NCBI RefSeq assembly: GCF_964355755.1
Contig: NC_092680.1
Coordinates: forward strand, 682,001-746,000
DNA from: Antedon mediterranea
Taxonomy: Eukaryota; Animalia; Echinodermata
Reading direction: 5' to 3'
Length of the DNA: 64,000 nucleotides
The position numbers and the translations under genes were made by a program. The notes beneath the pieces were generated by a model. The model did no database searches, was not told where the DNA came from, and was given only the letters and a program-made list of their open reading frames with translations. This document shows, one piece after another, positions 26,801 to 36,523 of the stretch. Positions within the stretch are counted from its first letter, which is position 1. Each line of letters opens with the position of its first letter.

Positions 26801-29800
26801 AACAACATAATAAAATTAAAGGCGTCATTAAACTTTCATGAAAATAAGGTAAATTGTTAGTGATATATGTTAGGGATATATCATTCACAGCCCTTACATG
26901 TAACGGCCCGTTTACAAAAGAAATCTAAAAAGTTTTTATCCTAGAACTAGGATAACCATCTATGCTGCCTTTGATGAAAATAATATTTCCACACGTCCAA
27001 TATATTGACGTCATGATTAGTATGAGCAATAATATAATGACAATGCGATTTTATTGTTTGTATTGATCATGACGTCATTTGATTAGATTTTGTTAAATAT
27101 TAAAATGATCAAAGACAGCATTACATGATTATCTTATAGTGGTAGAAGAAAAACTTTTCCAATTTATTTTGTTTTATGTAAGAAAAATGTATGTTTATCT
27201 ATTTATCATAGATCGTTATCGTCCTAGTATAAACGGGTGCTTATTAGCCTATCCGATACACGAGCAATATCATGTCTGTAGCGACAAAACATCGTACATT
27301 ATCACGTTTTCTGGCAGCAACCTTCATCCTCTCCTGACATTACATTACATATCCTTAGGCAAGATACTTTACTTGCGTTAGCCTCTCTCCACCCAGGTGT
27401 ATAAATGGGTACCGGTTAGTTAGATCAAGACACAACTTTGCGCTGATTGCTAGCTGAATTATGGGAGTATGTTTCCATACGTGTTTGATTCTGGGGTAAT
27501 AATGTTCAGCGCTTAGAGGTTTAACAACATTAGGCGCTATACAAATCCAGGATATTATTATTAATATATCTTAATATATGTGGTCGTGTTTTTTTTTATA
27601 ATGAGAGATTATTTAGAGCGTTACTGTTAGTAAAGTAGGAGTAACTTTAGGCGATGCTTAAACTTCTGATTCTAATTTAAACCTTTACTATTTTAGACAT
27701 TGCTGACAGAAATCGGAAATAGAAATGAGACAATTTGCCTATTTTACGATGAAAACAAACGGTGAGATTTTTTGTGCACAAATTAAACGTATCCGTTCAG
27801 GTCACTACAGTCTCATGAATCCAATTATTTGAAAGATTAATCTAACTCCTACCTAATAATGAAGCTAAATCCTTTCGAGGAATGTCTAGTAGAGGCCACC
27901 AGTTCCAACCAGTTACTTCCTTAAAAAGAGTATAAGAAGATAAGTTAGTGCACATGCTCCACTCAAGTTAAGCTTGAGGACAAATAACATTTTTATCCTT
28001 TTAAAACTGCTCAACGTCTGTTCCTCATCTAATTTTATTAAATATTATAGTGGTTGGAGTGATAGAGGTATGACAACTAACAACACTAAAGACAGAATAA
28101 ATTGCTCTTCGGATCATATCACCAGCTTTGGTGTATTTATGAAGATTAGTAATTCACCAGAGGTACTGAAATAATTAAATTTCACTTCTACTGATCTCGA
28201 TTACCCACTTTGTACCCGATTCTTGGGTACTGTATCTAGATTTCTTTTGTATCATAGGAATATTGGTAAAACAGCATTACATGTGTTTCACATACCTCCG
28301 GGTATGATAGACCTTAAATAACTCTTAACCTAAGCTTACATCATACACACACCGTGTGCTACACATGTGGTGCTGTATTGCAGACTGTTTCTATGATACT
28401 TGGCAAAAGTTGTTGTATGTGGAAATACAACACTGAGAATATTGTACACATTTTGTATTATAGGCTAGAATAATATTATGAGAAAAGGTTACACGCGGTA
28501 TATTGGTATATTTAACTCAAAACTGTAACGTTTTCTTTAGACGTTTTTAACAATTGTTATATCCTATAGCCTCTTGAAAGTAATAAAGGCCTACATAAGT
28601 TGTCGAAAATTTGTATCTACTGTGTTAACATTATTATATCCCATAGCCTCTTGAGAGTAATAAAGGCCTACGTAAGTTGTCGAAAATTTGTATCTACTGC
28701 TCGCTCATTGCTCTGAGTGTTACTCTTGGAACCTACTGCTATTTCTCGTAAGTTGTTTGTGCATACTTTTGCCATTTACCGATCAAATTGTTCGGTTCTT
28801 CTTCTCAACATAGGCATACATCCAGATTAGTAATCCTTGGCTTAGCCGGATTAATACTCGGGGTTGTACCTCTTTAATGTACCCTTAACCCAATATATTG
28901 CGCCTACGAAATCTATATTTTTTTTTCTCAAATAACTAATCTCATATGAAAACGTTTCTAGAGAATTATGGAAATCTCAACGCAATTCGATACACAAGAA
29001 CTTGGTTATCAATCTGATTCTGATGCAGTTTCTATTTCTTTTCGGAATTGAAAAGACTGAATATAAGGTAACACTAAATACATCTTCAATATTTTTAGGA
29101 GGTAAACATTAATTATTTGCAAAATGATGTTGTGTCGGTATCTTCCTTGTTTGCTTTATTAAAATGCTTGTAAAGCTCTGTCTACACTATCAAACTTGAT
29201 GTGACAAAACAGAATGTGATGTGCTCATATATGGACATGATGATGTCATATCACTACCATATTTGGGCACATGAATCTTTTGTTGTCAAACTAGTTTGAT
29301 AGTGTATACAGAGCTTAAATGACAAAAATACAATATATTGTATATAAAAGCTGATTAAAACTTAGTAGTAGTTTTGAAATGAGACGTTCCAAATTAATTT
29401 TACCATTTCAGTTCATCAGCAAAATAAAACAATCATCGGAGAGAATACAGACGTTTTTTTTACGTGGTCGACAAAATGTTGTTTCTGTAGGTCCACATTG
29501 GGTAGTCGCTGTTATATTTATGTTTCTTTGAATATTATGTGATAGGTACAGTATATGACAACCCAACTCTTCTATTTTTACAGACAGCGTGTAAGATAAT
29601 CAGCATATTTCTTCATCTGACTTCTCTAAATGCTTTTACCTGGATGTGTGGCGAAGCTGTATACTTATATTTTAAAGTATCTCCAAAACCAAGCCGACAT
29701 AACCGACTTAGATATTATATGTTCCTGTGCTATGGAATCCCACTAGTCATTGTGTTTTGTACTTCTGTGGCAAGATCAGTGGTTGGGACCTACATACAAA

Positions 29801-31903
29801 ACATGTCAGTTTTTTTAATTGTTTTACTTTAAAGATGTATTTTCCCCCTGAAAAAAATATATTTTGTTAAATATGCCATTTTAATGTCACATAATAGTTA
29901 TTCACTTTGACAAAAAATAGTTACCTAAAAAATCTGTAATTTTAAGTAAAATTGTCAGCCAATAGAATTTTGGTTGAATTTAACCATTTATTATAAGTTT
30001 TAATATTTTTGTAAGGAAGTGATTAACTTTATTAGAACTACAAAATAACCTATTCAAAGTCTGATTTAATTAATCTTTATTTGTCATGTTTTTGGGGGAC
30101 AATACATCTTTAACACAGTATACATCTTGCTCCATCGCTATCAAGAAATCATCAAATCATGAATTCCCTCTAATATTAGGAGTAAGCATATTATTCAAAC
30201 ATGATCAGTTTTTTTTTACAACAAACAACATTGAAGTAATAACATTGTGATTACTTCTTTGACCATTGTGATTGTATGGTACGCTCTTGATACGAAGATA
30301 TGGGTTCCGAAAATAGTGATTACAATTGTATATTAAAATAATAACTTACGGATAATCTAATTTATTAGTATTATTAAATTTCAATGATTTGAACATAGTT
30401 GCAGTTCAGTACGAGGATTCGTAATATATTAAAAACAAATTGTTTCTTTTAATTTCAAAGCTGCTGGCTAGAATCGACAATGAGATGGGCCTTCATAGCA
30501 CCTGCCATACTGATTATTACGGTAAATATTGCTTGAATGTTTCTTTTATTCTATACGCAACAGCTATATATATAAAAAAAATAATATTGTTTATTTTTAT
30601 TTATTTTTTCAAGATTAACACTGTTGTCATGGGAATTGTTGTGAACGTTATTTACAAACGATCTAAGACAATGGTTGGAAAATCAAGAGGAGAGACGCTA
30701 AAATCGAAACAAATGCGGTAAATATTATTTTAAGTTATTATTTTTTAGTATGGCATCGTTCCTATAAACATAACGAAATTCTCCGTGTGAAAACAGAGCT
30801 TTATAAATGTGCGCATGGTATGTTATAGTAGGGCCTATAGAACGGGAAAAGATTTTTTTTTCGTACTCGAAAAAAGTACTATTGAATAACCGTTCAATAG
30901 TGCGTACTATTGTACGCCATGTTATCCACAATCGTCCAATCAAATGACAGGAATTTATTTAGGTGTTATATAATATGGAATAAAAGTTAAGATATAGCAG
31001 AAACATCTTTATCTCAAAGCATATTACCCGATTCTCAGTGCTCTCCACATACAGTACAGGTACTATGATATTACCCAGTACTTGTATAATACAGCACCTC
31101 ATTTATATCAAGGTTATGTGAATTATATAATAGGAGATACTTGTAAAACACATGTGATACCAAATATTCCTATGATTCTGGAGAAATCAAGTAGAGTACC
31201 GAGATAAATATTAATACAATTTTGACATAGTAAATATCAATTATTTTTGTTATTCTCTTGATCAATAGAAAAGCTGCTAAAGGCACGGCTATGCTATTGC
31301 CAATCATGGGAACAACCTGGCTGATTGGTCCGTTTCTTCTCACGACGCCAGTCATGGAATATCTATTTGTCCTGCTTAACGGTAGTCAGGGAATCTTCAT
31401 ATTCTTTGTCTATTGTGTTTTTGACAAAGAGGTACGTCATATTATAATATATATATCATTAATATACATCCTCCAATGCATATATGTACTTTGTTAACAT
31501 AATAAAGTTTTCTGAAGACAGAATAAATTGTGTGAAAAAATATATTTATCTTGCCAAAAAAGTATTCTATCTTACCAAACGGTATTTTGTTGGCAAAATT
31601 AAAAATGATTAATAATTAAAATAATTAACAAGGCCATATACATGGCTGCAGTCGCGTGTGCAAATTTGAGTTAGTGTTTACCGACCGACCGACCGATATA
31701 GTGAGCAGAGTCGCCTTTGCTAACTAAAAACTAAAAAAAAAAGTTAAAAATGTCCAAAACGACGCCTTGCAACTTTGCGCGTCACTGTACACATAATAAT
31801 ACTATATACCGTTTCTTTTCAGGTAAAGGAATGTTTTCAGAAACGTAACAAAAACCGAGTGTCCTCCTCGGCTACCACTATGACAATGTCCCATACTGTT
31901 TAA
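361..31903 (+). CDS. Adhesion GPCR gene 1, 5'-incomplete: FTP lectin (link inferred), PT stalk, HYR-like x5, SRCR, HYR x8, GAIN/GPS, 7TM
   Basis: Exons joined by hand with AG acceptors, GT/GC donors and consistent phases: 361-453, 581-793, 5749-6057, 14150-14362, 14859-15074, 15447-15776, 16701-16934, 17629-17844, eight HYR exons in 18371-24155, GAIN exons in 24600-28162, 7TM exons in 28647-31431, and last exon 31823-31903 ending in TAA. About 1740 codons lie in the window. Confidence 0.85.
1413..1567. mobile_element. MITE family A (other copies at about 25297-25410 and 29173-29316)
   Basis: TIR aagctctgtctacactatcaaact...agtttgatagtgtagacagagctt with a shared internal sequence. Confidence 0.75.
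1594..2745. repeat. Clusters of a roughly 55-bp tandem unit (1594-1820, 2420-2512, 2697-2745)
   Basis: Unit ttacattttgaacgaaagtatttatttgttgataagcccaattttgcagtctta. The clusters at 1594 and 2420 share the same downstream flank, indicating a local duplication. Confidence 0.85.
2797..2859. repeat. (TA)n microsatellite
   Basis: About 30 perfect TA units. Confidence 0.95.
3082..3408. mobile_element. MITE family B (second copy at about 26905-27240)
   Basis: TIR aaggccc..tacactaggacgataacga...tcgttatcgtcatagtgta..gggcctt, with an internal palindromic organisation. Confidence 0.75.
5749..6057 (+). CDS. Pro/Thr stalk plus divergent HYR-like (type A) exon, gene 1
   Basis: Acceptor ttgccaag, donor G|gtatgt, open frame HSPTPTTPPPETIIPTD...IIGLSKEKC...GSCFHLVYDN. 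Homologous to exons 16701-16934 and 43538-43765. Confidence 0.75.
6200..7475 (-). mobile_element. Penelope-like retroelement copy 1 (3' part: RT thumb, GIY-YIG endonuclease, pseudo-LTR), frameshifted
   Basis: ORFs 7032-7472 (YVHCKSNHP...IIWFNPPYS) and 6544-7044 (CNCR..CPLNGKC...VVYQATV...YVGLTENTFKCRY..H..SF), plus a hammerhead motif at 6347-6390. Confidence 0.9.
6347..6390 (-). ncRNA. Type I minimal hammerhead ribozyme (Penelope copy 1)
   Basis: gcac CTGAAGA ttgag-ttcata-ctcat GAAA cagcctg TA gtgc: complete core with stems I-III. Confidence 0.8.
7598..7646 (-). ncRNA. Type I minimal hammerhead ribozyme (Penelope copy 2)
   Basis: gtctc CTGATGA gtgagt-tgcacg-actcac GAAA caagcctg TA gagac. 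Confidence 0.85.
8503..11400 (-). mobile_element. 5'-truncated, decayed non-LTR retrotransposon (CR1/L2-group APE-RT)
   Basis: APE end SDHMP, then KAPGIDG, NYRGISL, EQAGFR, GVQQGSPLS, LLYADD. (GAA)n-type 3' tail at 8503-8520, flanked by a GTATAC duplication (8497-8502 and 11401-11406). Confidence 0.9.
9368..9545 (-). mobile_element. tRNA-Val-derived short retroposon (SINE-like) inserted in the LINE
   Basis: Minus strand GGCGTAGTGGTTATCACGTTTGCTTAACACGCAGAAGGTACCTGGTTTGAGCCCGG (Val-like, AAC loop, mutated T-loop), a short body and an (ATT)n tail. TATAAT duplication at 9362-9367 and 9546-9551; the LINE frame resumes across it. Confidence 0.75.
11849..12809 (-). mobile_element. 5'-truncated Rex1/Babar-type LINE
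   Basis: GAPQGCVISPILF...KYADDT...YKYLGTIIDNKLKW...KKASQRLYFLRKL...DPTHPLH, a (TCTTGAA)n tail, and a TTTC duplication at 11845-11848 and 12810-12813. Confidence 0.85.
13165..13440 (-). mobile_element. RTE-clade LINE 3' fragment
   Basis: Minus-strand translation KWRWAGHLGRIHDARWT*TTEWQP...KRKRGRPHSRWRDE is the typical RTE C-terminus. Confidence 0.8.
14150..15074 (+). CDS. Two divergent HYR-like (type B) exons, 14150-14362 and 14859-15074
   Basis: Both start (A)S-x-x-YNTCP, contain W-D and F-x-V-x-C, and end F-x-x-VK|G. Both are phase 1-1; the second uses a G|gcaagt donor. Homologous to 17629-17844 and 44041-44259. Confidence 0.75.
15447..15776 (+). CDS. SRCR domain exon
   Basis: VRL...[33 protein letters not shown]...CNGSEHYLSAC...CSHSNDAGVLC, the canonical SRCR pattern. 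330-nt phase 1-1 exon. Confidence 0.93.
16701..17844 (+). CDS. Second divergent HYR-like A+B exon pair (16701-16934, 17629-17844)
   Basis: VTCPENF...VIGLSKNLC...GSCLLLIYVN and HKCPAY...ATCNP...FKVTC...GCMFFPDII. Good splice sites, phase 1-1. Confidence 0.75.
18371..24155 (+). CDS. Array of 8 intact HYR-domain exons, gene 1
   Basis: Exons 18371-18610, 19674-19913, 20379-20618, 21529-21768, 22171-22410, 22909-23148, 23472-23708 and 23916-24155, each 237-240 nt and phase 1-1. Consensus DxTKPxITCP...TTVTWxDPVVxDN...ATC...FxIGLTNVTCxVxDxAGN..xCxFxVxV matches HYR. Confidence 0.92.
18715..19600 (-). mobile_element. L2/CR1-group LINE 3' remnant; part of it is co-duplicated in later HYR introns
   Basis: HSLFLPHIDYCITVWG...ISKIQKL*NRALR, and a 3' UTR stem-loop ggggtctc...gagacccc. 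The 19380-19600 segment recurs at about 20620, 22411 and 23149. Confidence 0.75.
19950..20157 (+). pseudogene. Broken HYR exon (no acceptor or 5' end, +1 frameshift)
   Basis: Lacks the DxTKP start and has gctactttgtag versus gctacttgtag in intact copies. Its 3' half and following intron match gene 2 at 60400-60630. Confidence 0.8.
20753..21319. mobile_element. Helentron/HINE-like non-autonomous element
   Basis: Absent from the paralogous intron at about 22545. Inserted in an A/T run with no clear duplication. ACTAG end, subterminal IR acctccgcc/ggcggaggt, terminal hairpin acctccttggcggaggt, (CA)n-like tract. A related remnant lies at about 17180-17578. Confidence 0.7.
21376..21450 (+). pseudogene. 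Truncated half-HYR pseudo-exon
   Basis: HYR 5' portion with an internal deletion, ending at gtggtt|atctctatggac, the same breakpoint as 22726-22820 and 62258-62350. Confidence 0.75.
22726..22820 (+). pseudogene. Truncated half-HYR pseudo-exon
   Basis: Intact acceptor and NTKPNITCPESVHFDVKYNLSTVTWDDPVV, then runs into intron sequence and a TAG with no good donor. Confidence 0.78.
24600..28162 (+). CDS. GAIN domain with GPS motif, gene 1 (7 exons)
   Basis: Exons 24600-24652, 25133-25235, 25753-25866, 26161-26245, 26734-26848, 27697-27761 and 28051-28162 chain in phase (1-0-1-1-2-0-2-0). They end ...CLFYDENKRGWSDRGM...NCSSDHI|TSFGVFM. The first three exons have clear paralogs at 63059-63982. 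Confidence 0.85.
24678..24851. mobile_element. MITE family C (copies at 43223-43415 and 44270-44481)
   Basis: TIR aagc(g/t)tggttcccactag...ctagtgggaaccaagctt with acgcaacg repeats. Confidence 0.75.
27350..27562 (+). mobile_element. SINE body and L2-like tail (head missing)
   Basis: tccttaggcaagatacttt...ctctccacccaggtgtataaatgggtaccgg central domain, and an agcgcttagag...aggcgctatacaaat...(tta)n tail. Confidence 0.6.
28647..31903 (+). CDS. Family-B2 (adhesion/secretin-type) 7TM domain and short cytoplasmic tail
   Basis: Exons 28647-28747 (TM1), 28962-29067 (IHKNL, TM2), 29584-29804 (C...FLH...FTWMCGEA...YGIP), 30461-30521 (CWL...WAFIAP), 30614-30717, 31269-31431 (LLPIMGTTW...NGSQGIFIF..YC..DKE) and 31823-31903. 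Confidence 0.93.
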
Positions 31904-32805
31904 AGGTTGATTTAAAATGTTACTTCAGTATTTAAGATATGGGACAAGATACACTGCAACTGTGAGCTACCTTACCTGACTGGCCGCTTGAAGAAAAACA
32001 TATCTGCCTACAACATTTAATTACATAGCTAATTAGTGTATTGAATTAATGTAAGACAATTTAGTAATTTTTATACAATTTTTTTGCATCGGGTTTTTTC
32101 TTCTAATATTGATAATAATTGTATATGTATACATTTTTTTATTTATTTATTCTGGTTTATTAAAAACAAAGACATGGCAGTACAAAACTGAATTGCGTCC
32201 AGTAACATAAACATAAAAAATATATCAAAAACGAGCAAGATTTACACAAACATCCAATATAAAAATATATATATATACATTTATAATAGATCATACGTCA
32301 CCTTTCTTAGTGTTAAACATTCGTAATTCTAATTTATTTATTTATTTTATTCATTTCGGCAATAAACATAAAATAATAATTACAAAAAACATAAAAAAAA
32401 TATATATATATATGAAAAACAAGACACGAGGCCGAGGAAAGACAAAAGCATTAAACAAACGCTGTCACCGGTAAGGTGTGTCTCTCCAATTAATTTAATT
32501 GTTACTTTGTATAAGAGTCGCACAATTTGTATATCTGTGTGTAATTGATATATTAGGTATGGACTGTACAATCTTATTCAATATCTGGTCTGTTTTAATT
32601 CAAATTAATACATTAATTATTCAATCATTCAATTATTTATTTAATCGTTAATATAAGATGATAAGGCAATGAAAGCATGCAGAATTGCAGAGTTCTAGGA
32701 CAGAAATGTATTTGGTAACAAATTCAATTCAATATAACATTTATTCAATATTGGTAAGACAAATAATACAAGAACAGTAAACACGGGAGTAAACAATAAG
32801 AAACA

Positions 32806-33070
32806 TATTGCTTGAAGGTTTGCATGGTGAAATCAAATGTTGATATAACGTTTGTGGTACACCACGTGTATTAGTTCTGAAAAGAACTATTGAGTTTATC
32901 GACGTTTGGATCAATATGCTTTGATCGTACTCAGGAGTGAGAATGGGTTATGGAAATATTTATTCTCACTCCTGAAGAGGATCAAAGCATATTAATCGAA
33001 ACGTCGAGAAACTCAACAGTTCTTTTCAGAACTAATACACGTGGTGTACCGCAAACTTTATATCAACAAT
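32806..33070. mobile_element. Palindromic (inverted pseudo-LTR) non-coding Penelope-like element; second copy at 57208-57383
   Basis: Inverted arms of about 108 bp (32838-32945 and 32962-33068), each with a hammerhead core, a roughly 32-bp extension on one arm, and flanking AAGAAACA duplication. Confidence 0.72.
32968..33009 (+). ncRNA. Minimal hammerhead ribozyme in a palindromic Penelope-LTR-like element
   Basis: ctc CTGAAGA ggatcaaagcatattaatc GAAA cg TC gag. A mutated inverted copy lies at 32898-32938. Confidence 0.7.
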
Positions 33071-33518
33071 AAGAAACAGTTAAAGAGGAAATAAGAAGAG
33101 GTAAACAACGAAAAGGGAATGCCATCATTGGGGTCATGATTAGAAGTAAAAAAGTGTCTCACCATGACCAAGACAGAGAGAGAGAAAAAAGATATAAAAA
33201 GCTACCTTAATTAATGCTATATAAAATTATTGATGATACAGTAATAAATATTTATTTGTTACTTTACTTTTAAAAGCTGATAAAGAAACAGAATTTTTGA
33301 TTAGTGATATTTTTAAAAATTATTTTTTGTTATAATTATCTCATTTATAGTAATGGTTATCGTCAATATTACACATTTTGTTTATTATTTTGTTTCTATA
33401 ATAATTGTAAACTCATAATGAAAATAGTCAAAGATAATTATGTTGATGGATCACTATGGAATCTACATGTTGACAGTCAAATTTGACCGTAATAAATACA
33501 GGTAATATATTATATATT

Positions 33519-35963
33519 ACAATTCCGCTCCCGTAAGGCAAACTAATGGCGTTAAAGACATAATTCCTCGAGTGACAAACAAATATTGCCGTACGGACAC
33601 AAACACACACATTGCCATATGAACAAATTGCCGTATGGTTAAATTGGCGTAAGGAAAAAAATTGGCGTAAGGACAAAAATTGGCGTAAGGACAAAAATTG
33701 GCGTAAGGACAACAATTGCCTTAAGGACAAAATTGCCGTAAGGACAAAAATTGGCGTAAGGACAAAAATTGGCGTAAGGACAAAAATTGGCGTACAATCT
33801 AACTAAATATAAACGTTGAGGGCAGCATAGTATTTTAAAACCACGTGACTGAAACCACTCTGTGTCCAGTCCTGCTGGGGATTAAAAACATAATCGATCA
33901 TTGAAGGCCTGATGGTATTAGAAAATAAATATTTGTGAGAAAACGGCGGATTGCTCCTGGGAGTCACTTTGGTGGGATTATACTAGGGTACCTCCTTAGT
34001 CGTCCAGTATAAGTTAAGAGTAGGACCACTGGTCCCGTTTTTACTCGGCATTTATTTTTTAAATCTGAGTGTAACTCAATTACGTTTTTTTATATATAGT
34101 GAAATTTGATACTGTATTTGTGAGAAAACGGCAGATTGCTCCTGGGTGGTGTCACTTGGTGGGATTATACTAGGGTACCTAGTCGTCCAGTAAAAGTTAG
34201 AGTAGGACCGCTGGTCCTGTTTACTCAGCCCTCATCTTTTAAATCTGAGTGTAACTCAATTACGATTTATTAATATTATAGTGAAATTTGATACTGCATT
34301 TGTGAGAAAACGGCGGATTGCTCCTGGGAGTTACTTGGTGCATGGATTAAAGAATAGAATAATATTCCTTAATCTATGCTTGGTGGGATTATACTAGGGT
34401 ACCTCCTTAGTCCAGTATAAGTTAAAGTGGAACTGCTGGTCCCGTTTACTCAGCATTTATCTTTTAAATCTGAGTGTAACTCAATTACGATTTTTTTATA
34501 TATAGTGGAATTTTATACTGTATTTGTGAGAAAACGGCGGATAATTGCTCCTGGGTGGTGTCACTTGGTGGGATTATACTAGGGTAGCCTACCTAGTCGT
34601 CCAGTAAAAGTTAGAGTAGGACCGCTGGTCCTGTTTACTCAGCCCTCATCTTTTAAATCTGAGTGTAACTCAATTACGATTTATTAATATTATAGTGAAA
34701 TTCGATACTGTATTTGTGAGAAAACGGCGGATTGCTCCTGGTAGTCACTTAGTGGGATTGTACTGGGGTACCTCCTTAGTCGTCCAGATGTTAGAGTAGG
34801 ACCACTAGTCCCGTTTACTCAGCATTTATCTTTTAGATGAATATGACTTGGACAAGTATACCAAAATGACTACCGGTATAGTTGAAAACAGTGTTAAACG
34901 GTATCGTACATTAATGTTATTTGTTGTATTTTATTAAGTTTATCCTATTCTTTATCACTGTGCTCAAGTAGACCAAAATGACTATAGTTGAGAACAGTGT
35001 TAAACGGGATCGTACATTTTTGTTGTATATTGTTAAGTTTATCCTATTCTTTATCACTGTGCTCAAGTATACCAAAATGACTATAGTTGAGAACAGTGTT
35101 AAACGGGATCGTACATTAATTTTATTTGTTGTATATTGTTAAGTTTATCCTATTTCTTTATCAATGTTCTCAAGTATACCAAAATGACTATAGTTGAGAA
35201 CAGTGTTAAACTACATTGTACATTAATGTTATTTGTTATATTGTTAAGTGTAGGCCTATTCTTTATTCTTAATAATTGTACTAAATTACTAAGAAAGAAA
35301 CAGTAGTAAGCATAACATTTCCCCACTCCTACATTAGCATGGTAAGACACTGTAATGGTCGCAGGTGGCTCAACTTTATTTATTACTGCAATGGGATGGA
35401 CATGGTCCTACTACCACCTTACCATCCAATAGGATTCCAGTAAATTTCCTTTAGGGCCTACTACCTTTAGGGCCTACTACCATGCCAATCAGAATTCAGT
35501 AATTAAATGAACCCTAAGTTAACGAGGAAATCAGCCTATCCGAATATACCAGTAGACTTCGTCGTACAGTCGTACTGTGGTAATAGTTGAGAATTCTCAA
35601 TAGTCAATTTGGTATATTTTATATACCTGGCAGGACTGGACACAGAGTGGTTTCAGTCACGTGGTTTTAAAATACTATGCTGCCCTCAACGTTTATATTT
35701 AGTTAGACTGTACGCCAATTTGTCCTTACGCCAATTTTTGTCCTTTCGGCAATTTTGTCCTTTCGGAAATTTTTGTCCTTACGCCAATTTTTGTCCTTAC
35801 GCCAATTTGTGTCCTTACGCCAATTTTTGTCCTTACGCCAATTTAACCATACGGCAATTTGTTCATATGGCATATGTTTGTGTGTCCGTACGGCAATATT
35901 TGTTTGTCACTCGAGGAATTATGTCTTTAACGCCATTATTTTGCCTTACGGGAGCGGAATTGT
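33519..35963. mobile_element. Foldback-like element with about 355-bp inverted arms and internal tandem arrays
   Basis: 33519-33876 is the reverse complement of 35628-35963. The arms contain 18-19-bp repeats (aaattggcgtaaggacaa). The interior has five units of about 190 bp (33930-34835) and four units of about 105 bp (34850-35270). Confidence 0.8.
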
Positions 35964-36438
35964 TCGTACGGCAACGTTTGTCTATTTTGGCCCTAATGGC
36001 CGCCCATAATTTATTGCCATCACGAATTGATGTATTAATGAGACAGAAAGAATACAATACTATCAAAAGATGTATACAGTACCACTTCATTAAACATATG
36101 AATATCTTTGTTATCTCGTCGTACTTGGTATAAGTCGTAGTTTGTCTGTAAATTTGTAGTAGTAATTAACTTTTTGAAAACTACAATGAAAAATATTGGC
36201 ATTTGGATTAATTTTGTATTTTATCCTCGAACAAACTGTAATTGTAGATATGAATTTCGTCGGACAATATAAAATGAATAATACAAATTGAATTAATGGT
36301 TAGTAGTACTCAATGCATAATATAAATAAGAAAATACAATCAATACTATAGTCATTTTATCGAAATTTTCGTAGGATGCACTTGTACACTGAAGTGTGTT
36401 ATCCATTCTAATGATTAAAAATTTACTTAGAAGTAAAA

Positions 36439-36523
36439 ATGAATGTGGCAGAGCATGTTGTTGCTGTTCTTTTGATTACATTACATGTTGTCTCATGCTG
36501 CACCGGCGGTAGTTCAGCTACGG
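36439..36523 (+). CDS. Signal-peptide exon of gene 2
   Basis: aaaATG context, MNVAEHVVAVLLITLHVVSCCTGGSSAT with a hydrophobic core and small-residue cleavage region, and a phase-1 donor G|gtaagc. Confidence 0.72.

Noticed and set aside
31886-31903. C-terminal ...MSHTV as a class I PDZ ligand
   Set aside because: Position -2 is His, not Ser/Thr, so it does not fit S/T-x-V.
33428-36133. ORFs with LRQFLS, NFCPYA or NWRKDK repeats
   Set aside because: These are translations of the 18-bp repeats in the foldback arms.
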